DNA of 49,546 nucleotides from Basidiobolus meristosporus CBS 931.73 (GCA_002104905.1 MCFE01000654.1:1-49546), one strand, 5' to 3'; counted from the first letter of the stretch, positions 12,584 to 27,184 are shown. Notes: generated by a model not told the origin, from the letters alone. A program made the numbers and translations.

Positions 12584-15500
12584 TTATGTATGCCTCACCT
12601 TTCGTGCAACTCGAGGGTATTCGCAGTACTTGTCTGCGATGGAGGTAATCTGGAAAGTACCTTCCTGGGAAGTATATATAGTGTATGTTCTCTCCTGTAT
12701 GTTGGTCACCGGTTTGGTTTCTAGTATTTCATTATGTCTACCATCCTTCGAGAGCTTGCTTCTAGTGTACGTGAATGAGAACGGCGGCTCACCGGTCAAG
12801 GAATTCAACCAGTATCTCGGTTTGGTCTCCTTCGAGAATCTTCTCCTCGATTTCGTTGCCTCCTGATAATCTGACCGAGGGAAGGGCGTGGATCTGGTAA
12901 GTTAGATCCTGTGGCTGAGAGCAGCAATTGCCTTGTCTCTGGTGGCACACCTTCGTCACGCTGAATACGCCCGGCTGGTCGGCCACTCTCTCGAACTTGG
13001 ATCTATCGAGGATCTCTGTCTTCGCCTCCTCTCCAAACTGGTACGAGATGGTCCAAGGGGCGCTTCCTTGCATGGCAAACGAGAGCACATCCCCAACACA
13101 GTAAGGACGTTGACTAATCAATGGCGATATACCAGCTGCACCTGCGACTTCAATGTGAACCTTGGCGCCTACGACATCTTGGTTGATGCATCCGGTAGCG
13201 TCAATCACATGCACCACGGATATGGTGTACTTCCCAACCTCTCTGAAGTGCAGGTTGGGGGTAAATCTGAATTGGTTCTCGGTGATGTTATTCATATGCA
13301 CGGTTTCCATGAGAACGTTGTCTCTGGCAATCTCGAAGACCAACGAAAAGGGTGCTTGTCCATTCAACCTTAGCAGAATAGAGTCCTGGTTGTCAGTGAA
13401 CTTTTCTCCGACACACTTGAACAATGGTGACTTCGGCTCCACCACCTCCACCACTGGTTTGGGCTGGACTAGTTGCTCGACTACGGTCTTGCCGAAGCTA
13501 TGGTCGACCTGAACAGGCTTAGTGTAAACGTCATCGCCAACGCTCTCCAGAGTGTATCTATACAACCCTGCGGGTGATGTTCTGAAGATGATTTTAGAGC
13601 TTGGGGAGCCAGTGGTTAGCTCCTTGTACTCTTTCTGAGTAGGGCCACCGTTAGCCGGTGTCCATTCCCGTTTGTACTTCAGCACCCAGGGGGCTTGCCC
13701 AGTCAAGCTAACATCTACTCCCGCATCATACCCCTCGCATACACTTTGTGCAATGTAAACATGACGCTCGTCAAGTGCACATTTGGAATCAGAAATCTTG
13801 ACCGAGGGTCGAGATATCCACGAGGCAGAGCAATGCTTCGATGATTCGCTGATTAGCCCCGAGCAGTAACCATCGCTAACGCTTAGTAGCTCGTAGGTTC
13901 CGGGTCGGTTGACGGTGATTCCGCCATTTGGATCCTTGATCACCACCTGATGAGCCTCTTTCGATTCCTCGCCAACTGCACGGTAGCTGACTGTCCAAGG
14001 AGACGATCCAGTCAACTTGACGGGAAGAGAGACCTTCTCGCCCTCTAGGAACGTCAACGAGCGAGAATCACAGGCGAACGAAGCTTGCGGGCCGGTCTTC
14101 TCAACTGTAACATCAATATCGGGTGTGTCGAGCTCACTGACACATCCGTTCGCGTCGGTGATCTTGACAAGTGAGTACGAGTACTTTCCAGATAGGCCAA
14201 ACTTGGGTGGAGACAGCACGACGTGGGGCTCGTGGATGTCTTTAACAGTGAAGGATTGTCTAGAGTTCTTGTATATAACATCGTAGACAAGAGTCCAAGG
14301 ACTAGTTCCTGAGAGGACCACGTCCAGGTTGGTGGATCCGCCGACGCAGTCCTTAATCTCTCTGCGCTCCATCTGGAACTTGGCCTTTGGCTGCGGGTGC
14401 ACCACTTGGGAAATCTTGATATCGATCGGCGTGCCCATATGATTCTTGTCGTCCACTTTCCAGAAATCGTACGTGTATTTGCCGGTCATGTTGGGTAGCA
14501 AGGTCATGGAGTGGCGGTATTTGTTGACGTGGACAGAGGAGAATACGGCCTTCTTGGACCCTTCCATCACTTGTTTGTAGTAGACGGTGAAAGGAGGCTC
14601 ACCGGTAAGCGTGAGGGTGAGTGCGGTGCCCAGTTCACCCACGCATGAGGAGTCAATGGGAGAGGAGTCGATCTGGAGTGTTGGAGGGGCAGGTTTTACG
14701 ACAGAGCACGAATCCGGGAGAATGACTTCGCCTGAGCAGTAGTTGTCCGAGACGGACAGGAGAGTATACACACCAGGCTCGCTGACCGATAGATCAGTTC
14801 TGGGGTTTTGAACACTGAGCTTCTTGGTATTGCTCTCGGTGAACTGTGGGACATCGTTACTTTCGTATTCCTCCCATGTCTGGTAACCGTACTTCACTTC
14901 CCAAGGACCGGTGCCACTCAATCGCAATGGTATCTTTGCGCCTGATCCCGGCTTCTCGCTTGCTTGGATCTTCATCGGGTTGTTCATACTACACTCGAAT
15001 TTGGCGTTGGGGCGAGAGTGGACGACAAAATGTCTCTTTCCTTTGGCCCCGAGGGAGTATGCCTTTGGCTCGTAATCATGAACATTATTGCAGCTGTCGG
15101 CAACCTTGGCGATTTTGTACAAAACCTCTCCGGGCGTATCAAGGGTAACGTTGAACGGAATCTCGATGACTTCTTCGGCTGCGGAAGGAATGTCCTGGAT
15201 GAGGTCAGCCTCTCTGTCCGGTCGAATATCCTCGATGGGGATCTTCACTATGGATCCGTTGATTCTTCGAGTGTAATGAAGTTTGAGTGGGGGATGACCA
15301 CGCACAACGAAGCTGAGATCCTGCAAATGGTCACCAACACAGTAGCTTTGTTCACTACCCGAACCTGGTGCGTCATTACCACCGAAATAGGCCTCCGGGC
15401 AGGATACGATCACCGCCTTCTTTTTGTACAACCTGAAGTCCGCCCCATTCTGGTCGACGACTCTTTCCAGCTTGTAGGAGCCAGGAATCTTGGCCAGGAT

Positions 15501-16423
15501 GTTGAAACGCCGTTCCTTGATGACGTCTCTGTCCTGGTGTCCAAAGTAGCTGGAGGGGATGTCTAGCTTGTGGATGGTTTTCTTTTTGGTTTCGAAGTCG
15601 GTTCTTGAGTACTCGATCGATTCCGGATACGTTCCATTTAAAATGACCGGAATGTTAATGTCGTTGGTGTCTTCTCCGGATTGCGTTCTGGGCAGGCAGA
15701 AACACTGGTCGTCGGGGTTGATTTTGGCAGTACTAGCAGAGGTCGGGTCAGGGTTTTGGCAAGCATCTTACCGTCCAAAATACAAATTCTTACCTGTGGG
15801 GAAGAATGCGCACAGTATGTTTACCCAAGATATGGGAGGAATCCGTGCCCTCGGCAAGCTTGTTGATTCCCTTTTTACCGCTCAGCACTTCGACGTTTTC
15901 TTCGTAATAGTACGGCACTGTCCACAAACAATCAGTTAATAGCCTAGCAAAGTTAAGTCGACGGGAACTCTTACTTTCTTGTTGTAAATGATGCGGGTTG
16001 ATCTTCGAGAGTAAACTGTTTGTGGAATCAGCGAACTAGATTCATAACCGCCCTAAAGTTAATGGCTGATTTATGCACCACAATGTCTTCACGACAGCGA
16101 CGTACCTGGGCAGGCGCAAACAGCCAAAAGTTCACTCCATTCAGAAGCAAGATGTACATAACATATTTCCATAGTGGTCGGTGCAACCAGGGGATTCTTA
16201 GCGACCAAACGCCAAGCAGAAATAGTGTATCGACAAGGAACCATTTGAAACCCCAAATCCCCGAATGAATCTCATCAATTTCATGATAAAGCTCGTATGC
16301 CTTGAAAGCCTGAAGTGCCCCGAATGCACAAAACGTGTAGAAGCGTTGCTGCGGTCCTTCCAGTATATTCAATGGTATCACAGGACGAGGCCCTTCCTGC
16401 ACTGGTGGTTGTGCTGCTTGCAT
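12584..16423 (-). CDS. POM152: Nuclear pore membrane protein Pom152
   Basis: N-terminal PVIPLNILEGPQQRFY and TM segment with FLxxxxxLRIPWL, followed by Ig-like repeats (LxGxxPW, G.Y.L..V.D..C). Final exon LTGEPPFSFTYTR..CEYP. Multi-exon. Confidence 0.93.
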
Positions 16424-16776
16424 CTTGAAGAATACAAACACTCAAAGAAGCTCAAACACGCGCTAACTACCTCGATCAGTATTAGGCAAGCACATCGAAT
16501 TTGTTTTTCTTTTATATGGGGATCCATCACTAAACAATCGCCAAATCAACGTCATGAGCAATTCTATTCTGGTATATGCATCGAGTATTCCAAAACGGGG
16601 TTTTCGCGAAAGGGCAACAATTTTTATTTTTTTTTTCTGCGTAAATCTCGGCGAGTTTTTTGATGCGCAAGACGGTGGTTTTTTTTTCAAGTAGCCAAGG
16701 TCAACAGGGTTTTGGTCGCTGGAGTTGTTTCGTAAATAATAGACCGACTTTCACATACTCCTGAATATACGTGAGG

Positions 16777-19700
16777 ATGGCGACAAAGAGAAAGGTTGCT
16801 TCCAAGAAAGCGGAGAATGTTTCCGAGAAGGTTGCTGTCTTTTCTAAAGTTGCTTGCTGTTGTCCAGGGTTGCACGAACTTACCTTTCTTTGTATACTAG
16901 AGAGCTAAGGTTCTTGATAGCGACGACGAATTTGACCTCGAAAAGGCCAAAGCTCTAATCGAAGAGCAAGACGTTTCGAGTGAGGAGGAAGAGGAAGAGG
17001 ATAGCGAGTCGGGGGGAGAGGGGGATTTCGTTGAATCGGACGAAGAAATGATTAGCGATGATGACGAAGATCTCATGGCAGCTGCTGCCGCTAAATCAGA
17101 GCGAAAGGCCGGCCCTCTGACCCAGGATGCCTTGTACAAAGCTCCTACGAACGAAGAAATGCAGGAGCTTAAGGATGCGACCGAGCTCTTCCATTCCAAT
17201 CTTTTCAAGTTGCAAATAGCTGAGCTACTCTCCGAAGTCAGAATCGATTACACCAAAATGAAGCCACTAGAGAAAACCTTGCACCATCTTCGTTCTATCT
17301 TCGATTCCATCCCCGATAGAAAAGAGGCTACGGTATGCGCCTTCCCTCCTATCCCCTTCTCCTTTGGATACTAACCCCTTTTGAATAGCTTGAGAAAATA
17401 GTCAAGGCCATGAAGAAGAGCAAGATCACGATTCCCTTCCCTAACCCTCAGCCACCCAGCGATATCCAATATACGTTTGGCTTCAAGAAGCCTACGCTGG
17501 TCAACCTTATCGGAAGTTATCCTCTGAAGACTGTGACCAAAGGGCGTCACCACTTTAATATTGATGTCTCTATAGAGATGCCAGAGGTTTGTTTACACCG
17601 CCTAGCATGTTAACGAAGTTCATCTATATCAACGCCACACATCCCATAGGAATTATTCCAAGAGAAAGACCACATGAATTACCGTTACTTTTATAAGAGA
17701 GCATATTACATTGCAGTCATTGCATCTGCTCTCAAAGACACAAAGTCCGGATTGAACCTCGACATTAGCTTTGAATTCCTTAACAATGACATGCGCCGTC
17801 CTATTCTGGTGCTGAAGCCCGTTCACGGTAAGTATCGAAATTTGCCATCGCTTCTCAGAGCCGCTCTCTAATATCGGCCCGTCCCTAGATCGGTCAGAGT
17901 TCGACTTCTCCAAGGCCAAGTGCGTGATCCGCATCATTCCCACTATCAAGCAGGGTCTCTTCCCTGTTCAAAGATTGGCTCCGGGCCGCAACAATGTTCG
18001 ACCAAACTTCCTTGGCTTGGACTCGATTTCCGAGGAGGACAGCAAACTTGCTACCCCTCAATACAACGCATCCATTCTTCTTGATTCAGCCCCCACCACG
18101 CATCTGAATTTCCTTTATCAGCAAGCGAAATCATGCGACAATTTCCGTGACGCTTGCCTGCTCGGTAAGGTCTGGCTCAACCAAAGAGGATTCTGCGACG
18201 GTACTACATCTTTCAACGGCTTCTTATGGTCTATGATCATGGGTTACCTGCTCAAGCCTGGGCCGAGTGGAACCAGAAGATTGGCCCCTGGCTTCAGCTC
18301 CTATCAGCTATTCAAAGGTACCATTGATTTCTTGGCGAATCACGACTTTGCCAAGGTCCCAATCTATATCGGCCAGCCTGCCGGTGACGAATTCACCCTT
18401 GAAGCGTTCCAATCGCACTACCCCTTCGTTTTCCTCGACGGCTCCGGGCATGTGAATCTTGCTGGCCTTGTGTCCGCCGATGAGTTGAACACCCTGCAAC
18501 ACGAAGCTAAGCACACTTTCCGTCAGTTGAACGACATCTCGCAGGATCACTTTGACGACCTGTTCCTCAAGCGTGTTGATGAGTTGCACTTCCGCTATGA
18601 CTATGTCATCCGCGTCTCCGATCTCCCGATCTCCTCCGTTTACTCGGATGTAGCTAAGCTGGACAACCCCTGCGCCTACAAGTTCATCGCCTCTCAACTA
18701 CCCCTGATCCTCAACAAAGGTCTCAACGATCGAGTTCGCCTCGTGGCTAAGCAATTCGATACTTGCAAAAGCTGGCCCCTTGACTCTAGCGTCCCAGTGA
18801 TGTCCGAGTCAACCCCCCTCTTCGTTGGAATCATCGCCAACCAGGAGAATGCCAACCGCTTGGTTGACAAAGGCCCAGGTGCTGAGGACACAGAAGCCGC
18901 CGAAGAATTCAGAAAACTGTGGGGCGACAAGGCGGAGTTGAGAAGATTCAAGGACGGAAGCATTGTTGAGAGTGTTGTTTGGTCGTGTAGCAGTGTCGAA
19001 GAGAAGGGTATGATCATCGTAGAAGCCATCACCCATCTCTTGGGACATCATTTCAACATCCCTAGCGACAACATCCAGTGCTTGAAGGGTGCCCTGGAGC
19101 AGAATATCCAGCTGTACAAGCTCCCTGCTTCACTTCTTGACGAGGGCTTGTCCAAGGTTGGATTCCAACCGGTGATGGGTGCGTTCAATGAGTTCTACAA
19201 ACAGTTGAGGGAGATCGAGCTGCCTCTAAGCTTGTCTGGCATTTATCCTGCTGCCCCTGAGCTGAGATACTCTTCTGTCTTCACTCCTCTCCCTCTTAAC
19301 ATGGCTATCCACAGCCGTCTTCCAGATGCTGCCAAATATGTCACTCCGATCGACGTTGTGCTGCAGCTCGAGACCTCTGGTAGATGGCCCGATGACCTCG
19401 TCGCCATTCAAAAGATCAAGAGTGCATTCTATCTGAAGATCTCCGAAGGATTGGAGTCCGAGTACCCGGATATGTACACCACCGTAGTGGATGAAGGTGA
19501 CGACTCCAGCATTCAATCATGCAGCTACTTGGATGTCACGGTCCCTGCCGGCTTTACCTTCCGCTGTCGCATCCAGAATGACCGCGAAATCACACTGCTA
19601 GAGAACGGTATCGCAGGCAAAGCTCTATCTCCACCTGAGCGCATTAGTTACCAGAATGCCTTGGCAGAATACAGGCGCCTATTTATCAACCGTCCCTGGC

Positions 19701-20668
19701 ATACTGCACAGATCCAATCCATTTGCCAGCGCTTCCCAACCCTTTCGCATACAATCCGTATCACCAAGCGTTGGTTCTCTGCACATATGTTGGCTCCTCA
19801 TTTCAGCGAAGAGCTGATCGAGTTGATTTGTGCTTATGTTTACCTCTACCCTGGCGCCTGGTCCGAACCTGGAAGCGGTTTCGTCGGCTTCAACCGTGTT
19901 CTCAAACTGGTCACCTCACATGACTGGAAGAACGAGCCACTCATCGTTGACTTGGACAACTCCATCAAGAATAGCGAGAAGGAAGAGATCCTCCAGAAGT
20001 TCAATGAGCTGAGAAAGAATGATGAGCATTGCAAGCATAGCTCCATGGTGGTTGCCACTAGCAAAGACCTGGACGGCTCCTGCTGGAGCAAGGAATCTCC
20101 ACAAGGAGTCATTCTGGTCAGAGCCAAGATGCTGGCCAAGGCCACGTTGAGCTGTATGATGGACGCTGTCAACCAAGGATCCGTTAGCTCCCTCAAGAAG
20201 ATCTTCGCTACGCCCCTCCAAGACTACGATTTCTTGATCAAACTTGACGCCGAAAAGTGCACTCGCTATTTCCAGAGATTCAAGCCTGACGTCAAACTCA
20301 TCAAGAGCAAGGGAGAGAAATACCGGAATTTGGTTCTAGAGCAGAATACCAGCGATGCCGCCAACACCAGAATTGGATTCGACCCTGTGCAGCTGTACCT
20401 GGCCGAGATCAAGGAGCTCTACAGCGACATGATCGTATTTTTCCACGATACCTTCGGTGGACACATGATTGCTGGAGTGTGGAAGCCTTCACAACTGAAG
20501 GCCAAGCCCTGGAAGGTGAACGCCGGCTTCTCCAGTATCCCGAAAATCGAGGAGAACAAGAACAAGAAGACCCCACTGATCCTGCCCAACATCCCCGACA
20601 TCCTCTCTGAGGTGGAGAGACTGGGCGCTGGATTGGTTACCGAGATTGTGATTCAGAATGAACACTAA
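16777..20668 (+). CDS. UTP22: U3 snoRNA-associated protein 22 / Nrap (NOL6)
   Basis: LFHSNLFKLQIAELLSEV, IGSYPLKT, NYRYFYKRAYY, FRKLWGDKAELRRFKDGSIVESVVW, SGRWPDDL and KRWFSAHML. Acidic N-terminus, several short introns. Confidence 0.96.
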
Positions 20669-21193
20669 GCTTGCCCTCGATGCCACCGCTATTGTACTCG
20701 CTTCTAATTTCCCCCATCGCATGTGAGCCAAGTGCCCCGCTTCATCAACATAGATTGACGTTTTTATTTCGTACTATAACCTTCATAGCTTGAGTGTGGT
20801 TGTATCCCTATTACTTTGTTGTTAATAAACCATTTAGTCGATTGCTTGTAACTGACGCTAAGCCACCCACCCCTCGCCGGAAGGAATTCCATTTGGTGCG
20901 ACTGCCGAGGTGCACCAAGAGATGGATAATCCTTTTCTCTGCTGAAACTGGCGCTGTGATACGCTGATTTTTGCGTTTCCATGGTTGTTGGGGGGGGGCA
21001 GAACGCATTTGGTCCATGTCACACGATTTTGCAGTCTTCCAATTTTTTCACGATTTTTTTTGTTTCCAATGGGCCAAGATTGGCGGGAGGAGTTGGTGGC
21101 GATAGTTTATAAGCACTATGCCGGTCACCCTCGACCTCACCCTTGGCTCACCAAGATCCTTCGTGTCTTCCTACCAGCCTCTCCTTTAACAAC

Positions 21194-23047
21194 ATGACTG
21201 CTGAAGAATATCAAGGTGCCATTGGTATCGATCTCGGTACCACCTACTCATGCGTTGCCGTGTGGGAGGGCGAGCGTGTGGAGATCATCGCCAACGAGCA
21301 AGGTAACCGTACCACTCCCTCCTACGTTGCCTTCACCGACAGCGAGAGACTTATCGGCGAGGCCGCGAAGAACCAAAGCGCCATGAACCCACAGAACACC
21401 GTCTTCGATGCCAAGCGCTTGATTGGCCGCCGTTCCGATGACCCATCCGTCAAGAAAGACATGGCTAACTGGCCTTTCACCGTCGTTGACAAGGATGACC
21501 AACCCTTCGTCCAGGTACAATACCAAGGCGAAACCAAGGAATTCTCTCCCCAAGAGATCTCCTCCATGGTCCTGGTCAAGATGAAGGAGGTTGCTGAGGC
21601 CAAGCTGGGCAAGGCCGTCCAAAAGGCCGTCGTCACCGTCCCTGCCTACTTCAACGACTCCCAGCGCCAAGCTACCAAGGATGCTGGCTCCATTGCCGGC
21701 CTCGAAGTCCTTCGTATCATCAACGAGCCTACCGCCGCCGCCATCGCCTACGGTCTCGATTCGAAGACCAACACCGAGAAGAATGTGCTCATCTTCGATT
21801 TGGGTGGCGGCACCTTCGATGTCTCCCTCCTCACCATTAACGGAGGGATTTTCGCCGTCAAGGCCACCGCCGGTGACACCCATCTTGGTGGAGAGGATTT
21901 CGATCACACCCTCCTCGAGCACTTCAAGCAAGACTTCAAGCGCAAGCACAAGTTGGACCTCTCCGACGATGCCCGTGCTGTCCGCAGATTGAGAACTGCT
22001 TGCGAGCGTGCCAAGAGAACCCTGTCCTCCCTGACTCAGACCACCGTCGAAATCGACTCCCTCTACCAAGGTATCGACTACCAAGCCAACATCACCCGTG
22101 CCAAATTCGAGGAGCTCAACAACGCCTTGTTCGACAACACCATCGAGCCGGTCAAGAAGGTCCTCAAGGACTCCAAGTTCGCCAAGAGCGAGGTCGACGA
22201 GATCGTCCTTGTCGGCGGTTCCACCCGTATCCCCAAGATCCAGTCTCTTCTCCAGGAGTTCTTCGACGGAAAGGAATTGAACAAATCCATCAATCCCGAC
22301 GAGGCGGTTGCCTACGGTGCCGCAGTCCAGGCCGCGGTGTTGACCAACACCTCCGGCTCCGAGAAGACCCAGGACCTTCTTCTCCTTGATGTTGTCCCCC
22401 TCTCCCTCGGAGTTGAGATGGAGGGTGGTGTCATGGCAGTCGTGGTTCCCCGTAACACCCCCATTCCCACCATCAAGAAGAAGGTCTTCACCACCGCTCA
22501 CGACAACCAAACCACCGTCGAGTTCCCCATCTACGAAGGTGAGCGTCCCATGACCAAGGACAACAACTTGCTTGGCAACTTCCAGCTCAGCGGTCTTCCA
22601 CCTGCCCCTCGTGGATCCCCCGAGCTTGAGTGTACTTTCGACCTCAACGCCGACGGTATCCTCAAGGTCACCGCACAGGAGAAAACCTCCGGTCGCAAGG
22701 CCAACATCACCATCTCGAACAGCTCTGGTCGTCTGAGCGCCGCCGATATCGATCGTATGATCAAGGATGCGGAGAAGTTCAAGGACGAAGACAAGAAGGC
22801 CGAGGCTCGTGTCCAGGCCAAGCAGGAGTTCGAGTCCTACATCTACCAAACCGAGAGCTCCCTCTCCGACATGAACGTCGCGTTGAAGATGAAGCGCGGC
22901 GACAAGGAAGCCGTCGAGGGTGCCCTCTCGGATGCTATGGAGTGGTTAGACCTCAACGCCAGCACCGCCTCCAACGATGAGATCTCCACTCACCATCGCA
23001 AACTCCAGAAGACCGTTACCTCCGCTTTCCGTAACCTCTATAAATAA
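21194..23047 (+). CDS. SSB1: Ribosome-associated Hsp70, Ssb type
   Basis: [24 protein letters not shown] and [11 protein letters not shown]-type signatures. No C-terminal EEVD (ends [12 protein letters not shown]). Intronless with strong codon bias. Confidence 0.95.
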   Translation: MTAEEYQGAIGIDLGTTYSCVAVWEGERVEIIANEQGNRTTPSYVAFTDSERLIGEAAKNQSAMNPQNTVFDAKRLIGRRSDDPSVKKDMANWPFTVVDKDDQPFVQVQYQGETKEFSPQEISSMVLVKMKEVAEAKLGKAVQKAVVTVPAYFNDSQRQATKDAGSIAGLEVLRIINEPTAAAIAYGLDSKTNTEKNVLIFDLGGGTFDVSLLTINGGIFAVKATAGDTHLGGEDFDHTLLEHFKQDFKRKHKLDLSDDARAVRRLRTACERAKRTLSSLTQTTVEIDSLYQGIDYQANITRAKFEELNNALFDNTIEPVKKVLKDSKFAKSEVDEIVLVGGSTRIPKIQSLLQEFFDGKELNKSINPDEAVAYGAAVQAAVLTNTSGSEKTQDLLLLDVVPLSLGVEMEGGVMAVVVPRNTPIPTIKKKVFTTAHDNQTTVEFPIYEGERPMTKDNNLLGNFQLSGLPPAPRGSPELECTFDLNADGILKVTAQEKTSGRKANITISNSSGRLSAADIDRMIKDAEKFKDEDKKAEARVQAKQEFESYIYQTESSLSDMNVALKMKRGDKEAVEGALSDAMEWLDLNASTASNDEISTHHRKLQKTVTSAFRNLYK

Positions 23048-23316
23048 TCCCCCCGCCCGAATTCGGCATCTTTCCCATGATCTCCATTCCTTGTATAGAA
23101 TAGTCGTGGAGTTTATAGATAATATTGAATAAATCTTGTCTGATTGACAGTGAACCCAGGTGATTCCCAACATGTATCCTCCTTCCTGAACCACCTGCTG
23201 TTCCCAATTGCTGGTTCGCATGTGGTTCCGTTCAGCGTTTCTACCTGCAACATTATCTGCGTTGGTGAAATCCGCCTCACTTGGTCTTTGTATGGATGTT
23301 CGTAAACTCTACTTTA

Positions 23317-23906
23317 TTAAGCCTTGACAAGGGTGTAGGATGGCGCACTCAAGGCCTTCACTCCACCCAACTCAACCAATTCGATCATGAAAAGATACTC
23401 AAGGATCTTACCCTCGCTCTTGGTGACCAACTCACCGGCGGCAATGGCGCTTCCGCCAGTGGCAATCAAATCGTCAACGATGATGACGTTGTTTCCGGGC
23501 TTGATAGCACCGACGGACATCTCGAACTCGTCAGTTCCGTATTCCTTCTCGTAGGTGGCCTTGATGTTGTTACCGGGCAACTTTCCAACCTTACGGACGG
23601 GAACGAAGCTGGCGCCAAGACGAAGGGCGATCAAGGGGCCGAAGAGGAAACCACGTGCGTCGAGACCTATGCGAAAGGTGAGTATGGGAAGAAACAGCGG
23701 GTTAGTGGGGAGATGAACTGACCGACAACCACGTCCACCTTCTCAGAGTGGGTGGCCAAGATGTGCTGGACGAAGTTGGTCACGACAGCCTCGACAGCCA
23801 AGGGATCTTGGAAGACGGGGAAGATGTCTTGGAATTGGATTCCCTTCTTGGGGAAGTCGGGGATGATGCGGAGCAAGCTCTTGACTCTTTCGATATCTTG
23901 GGACAT
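23317..23906 (-). CDS. APT1: Adenine phosphoribosyltransferase
   Basis: IPDFPKKGIQFQDI, GLDARGF, RKVGKLPG, YEKEYG and VIIVDDLIATGGS. 55-nt intron at 23667-23721. Confidence 0.97.
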
Positions 23907-24356
23907 TTCTGAGGGAATTGGAGGCGTAACCACCCACCGCCCAATGCACCCGACTTTTTCTACGAAATCAACATGATTTTTTTTCATCGGTCCTTGGTGC
24001 GAAGGAGATAAGTATATGTGGTCTTGATTTGTTAGTGTATCCCTGGGTGAAACCGTGGAAATCAGATTCCAACATTATTCAACTTGTGCGCAGGAAATGT
24101 TACATAGACACCACCATAACCATCAAACTTGGGACATGTTGCATAACCATAGCCATGACCATAATCATCAACCTTGGGATATGCCGCATTCACTTGGCCA
24201 TAATCATCCCGTTTGCTTCACTAGTGACCATCGTGCACGCATCGCCGAGATCCGTAGGGATCGGAGGGATTCTGCCGATTCTAGGGTCAGAAATTTTCTA
24301 TATATCTATATGGACGGATCGTGGTGGATAGGTGATGCTAAACTGGATGACAAGCC

Positions 24357-24725
24357 ATGCTCCTTAGACGCCTTCACTCTACACTCTCCGCTGCCTCCGC
24401 CCAGCACCAACCACCGGTCAAGCGCTCCGGTTTGCAGCAGGACGTAATAAATTTCTACCGGGATTGCTTTCGCGCCATAAGAAGCAAACCTCAGGTTAGT
24501 AGAGAGTCTTCATGTATCGTAGCGACCAATTCCCCCCCCACTGAGACGTTGCCTTCACTTGTATAGCAAAACCGTCCTCATTTCCAACAATACATCCGGT
24601 CGGAATTCCGCAAGCACGACCTTACGAAGCGAGATTTCGCCACCATCGAATACCTGCTTCGAGTGGGAAAGCGTAAACTGGAGCAAATGAGCAGTGGTAG
24701 TGTCAAGGACATCCACCTCACATAA
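24357..24725 (+). CDS. SDH6: LYR-motif succinate dehydrogenase assembly factor 1 (SDHAF1/Sdh6)
   Basis: RSGLQQDVINFYRDCFRA.. / FQQYIRSEFRK..KRDFATIEYLLRVGKRKLE. Intron 24495-24566. Confidence 0.9.
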
Positions 24726-24972
24726 ACAAAATTTCTGTACAATTAAAGATTTCCCTAAAAGTGAAACCCTCTACTTCTCTTGAAGCGCTTCACCAAGTGA
24801 AAGTACCAAATAGTGGTCAATGTTACTATCTGCCTCGCATGTGGCATGACTTGGGTGCTGGTACTGCTGCACTGTGTGTAAAAATGAATTTTTGATGGAT
24901 CGTCGCGGTCACGTGCCTACCCCACAGTACATATAGCCGGAAGAATTTGCCAGAGGTGGTGGTCGAGTTGCT

Positions 24973-26835
24973 ATGACTTCGAGAAATACCTTCACCGGCT
25001 TGGTAAGAACCTTAAGGCCGGCTCTCAACAGCCTGGTGAGAAAATACTCCACAAATGTGGCGGCTAGTAATAACAACGTGGTAGCAGAATTGCAAGCGCG
25101 AGGCTTAATAGCCTCTTTAACCAGGTTAGACCACTAAAAACCCAGCCCACCTGTCGCTAAGCTAACTCGTTTCCGGCAAAGCCCGAAAATCTTTAACCAT
25201 GTTGACTCCCCGACCACCATATATTGCGGAGTTGACCCGACCGCGAAAAGTCTGCATGTCGGTAATTTGTGCGCGCTTATGGGTCTATTACATTTCCAGG
25301 CCAAGGGGCATCAATCCATTGCTCTCGTATGTTCGAAAACTAGCTTTTGTCATTTGTCACGATTATCTGAGTCAGGTCTGCAATTAGATAGGCGGCGCCA
25401 CAGGGGCTATTGGTGACCCAAGTGGTCGTAGCACCGAAAGAACTGCCTTGGACGACGAAGTGTTGTGGAATAATGTAGCCATGATCAAGGCTCAGCTAGA
25501 CAACTTCTTCGAAAGGGGTCAGCAATACATAGATAGAAGAGGCAGCGCCATCCGTGCCGCCGACAGCATTCAACCTATCAAGGTATTGAACAACTTCGAC
25601 TGGTTTGGAAAAATGACTGCCATCGATTTCTTGACCGACGTCGGTAGATTTGCTAGAGTTGGTGCGATGTTGGCCCGTGAAAGGTAATCATGACGGTGTG
25701 GTGATCATCCCTACTTACGACATCCATAATAACCACACCATAGCGTCAAGGCAAGAATGGACAGCTCTCACGGAATTAGCTTCACCGAGTTCTCGTATCA
25801 ATTACTTCAAGCAAATGATTTCTGGCACCTGTACAAACACCACAATTGCAGTATCCAGGTACGGCACCCGCTATACCCACTCCATACCCAATACTGACCC
25901 GTGAGTAGCTCGGAGGCTCTGACCAGTGGGGGAACATCACCGCTGGCATCGACCTCATTCAAAAACGCCACAACTACGAGACACAAGGCTCCTTCACATC
26001 CACCGAGAATGATCTTGGCGTATATGGCATCACGCTGCCTCTATTGACCACATCCACTGGTGAGAAGTTCGGTAAATCAGCCGGGAACGCCGTTTGGTTA
26101 AACGAGAACATGACATCGCTGTTTGATTTCTACCAGTTCTTCATGAAAACCCCCGACTCGGAAGTGAAGAAGCTTCTAAACGTGTTTACCTTCCTGACCA
26201 CACAAGAGATTGACGAGATCGATAACGAACATCAGGTACTTCACAACCAAGTGAACTTTTTCCACATCCCTTTGTTCAACGATGTATTCCGCTCAGAAAT
26301 CACCTGAAGCGCGCCTCGGACAAATCAAATTGGCTAATGAAGTGACCGAGCTTGTCCATGGAGGTAATCACTAGCGTCATTCCTGCTTCATCGCTTTGAT
26401 CTAAATCTCCTCGTAACTCAGTCGAGGGTCTGAAAAAGGCACAGACAGCCACTCGAGTCCTGTTCCAGAACGACCTGAAGTCTGTCCGGGCTGATGACAT
26501 TATCAATGCCTTCAGCAACGACCAGCGCCTGAAATCCCTGGACGCTTCATTCATCACTCAGAGCGATGTCGCGCAAATTGCCGTCGCCAGCGGTGCCTGC
26601 AGTTCGAAATGTAAGAAATGGCGTTCGTCATTCATTGAGCCTTCCAGATGATTAATCCATGATGGCTATATTTGTAGCGGAGGCGACCCGACTTATCAAG
26701 GCTGGGGGGATGTATATCAATGGCGAGCGCATCACGGATCCAAAGCAAAAACTGCAAAGTGCAGATCTCATGGAGGAAAAGCTGATCGTTCTCCGCAGTG
26801 GTAAAAGTAACTATTGGTTCATTCGAGTCCAATAA
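24973..26835 (+). CDS. MSY1: Mitochondrial tyrosyl-tRNA synthetase
   Basis: [16 protein letters not shown] (HIGH), [20 protein letters not shown] and [15 protein letters not shown] (KMSKS). Presequence-like N-terminus, S4-like C-terminus, multi-exon. Confidence 0.95.
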
Positions 26836-27184
26836 CCATCATTCTTCATAATCGGCATCAAACTCAATAAATTTCATGGGAAGTCACCATGAGCTTGTGG
26901 CTTAGATCCCCTTCATTTGCTTCCAAATCATGATGGTATTTGTTGAATGACGTTGGGCTATTGATGCCCCCTTGTACCACATACCTGCTGTACAAATCCC
27001 TGATTCCCTCTCATCCTTAAGCACTACCACCACACCTAGAAGTGGACCAGCCTGGTCGATTCCTTGAACTTGCTTTTATTTGCCACGCCTCTTCCATTAT
27101 TCAAACCCACCTAGGTACGTTCAAAGTGTTCGCTGAACCGTAAACATCCCCTCGTTACTAACTGCTGTTGTGCAAAGTGAGATA

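Noticed and set aside
12933-15566. Plus-strand ORFs of 100-200 aa opposite POM152
   Set aside because: Antisense shadows with no recognisable domains.
21248-22849. 533-aa antisense ORF opposite SSB1
   Set aside because: Well-known shadow of Hsp70 codon bias (often mis-annotated as NAD-glutamate dehydrogenase). It is in register with the sense codons and has no independent motifs.
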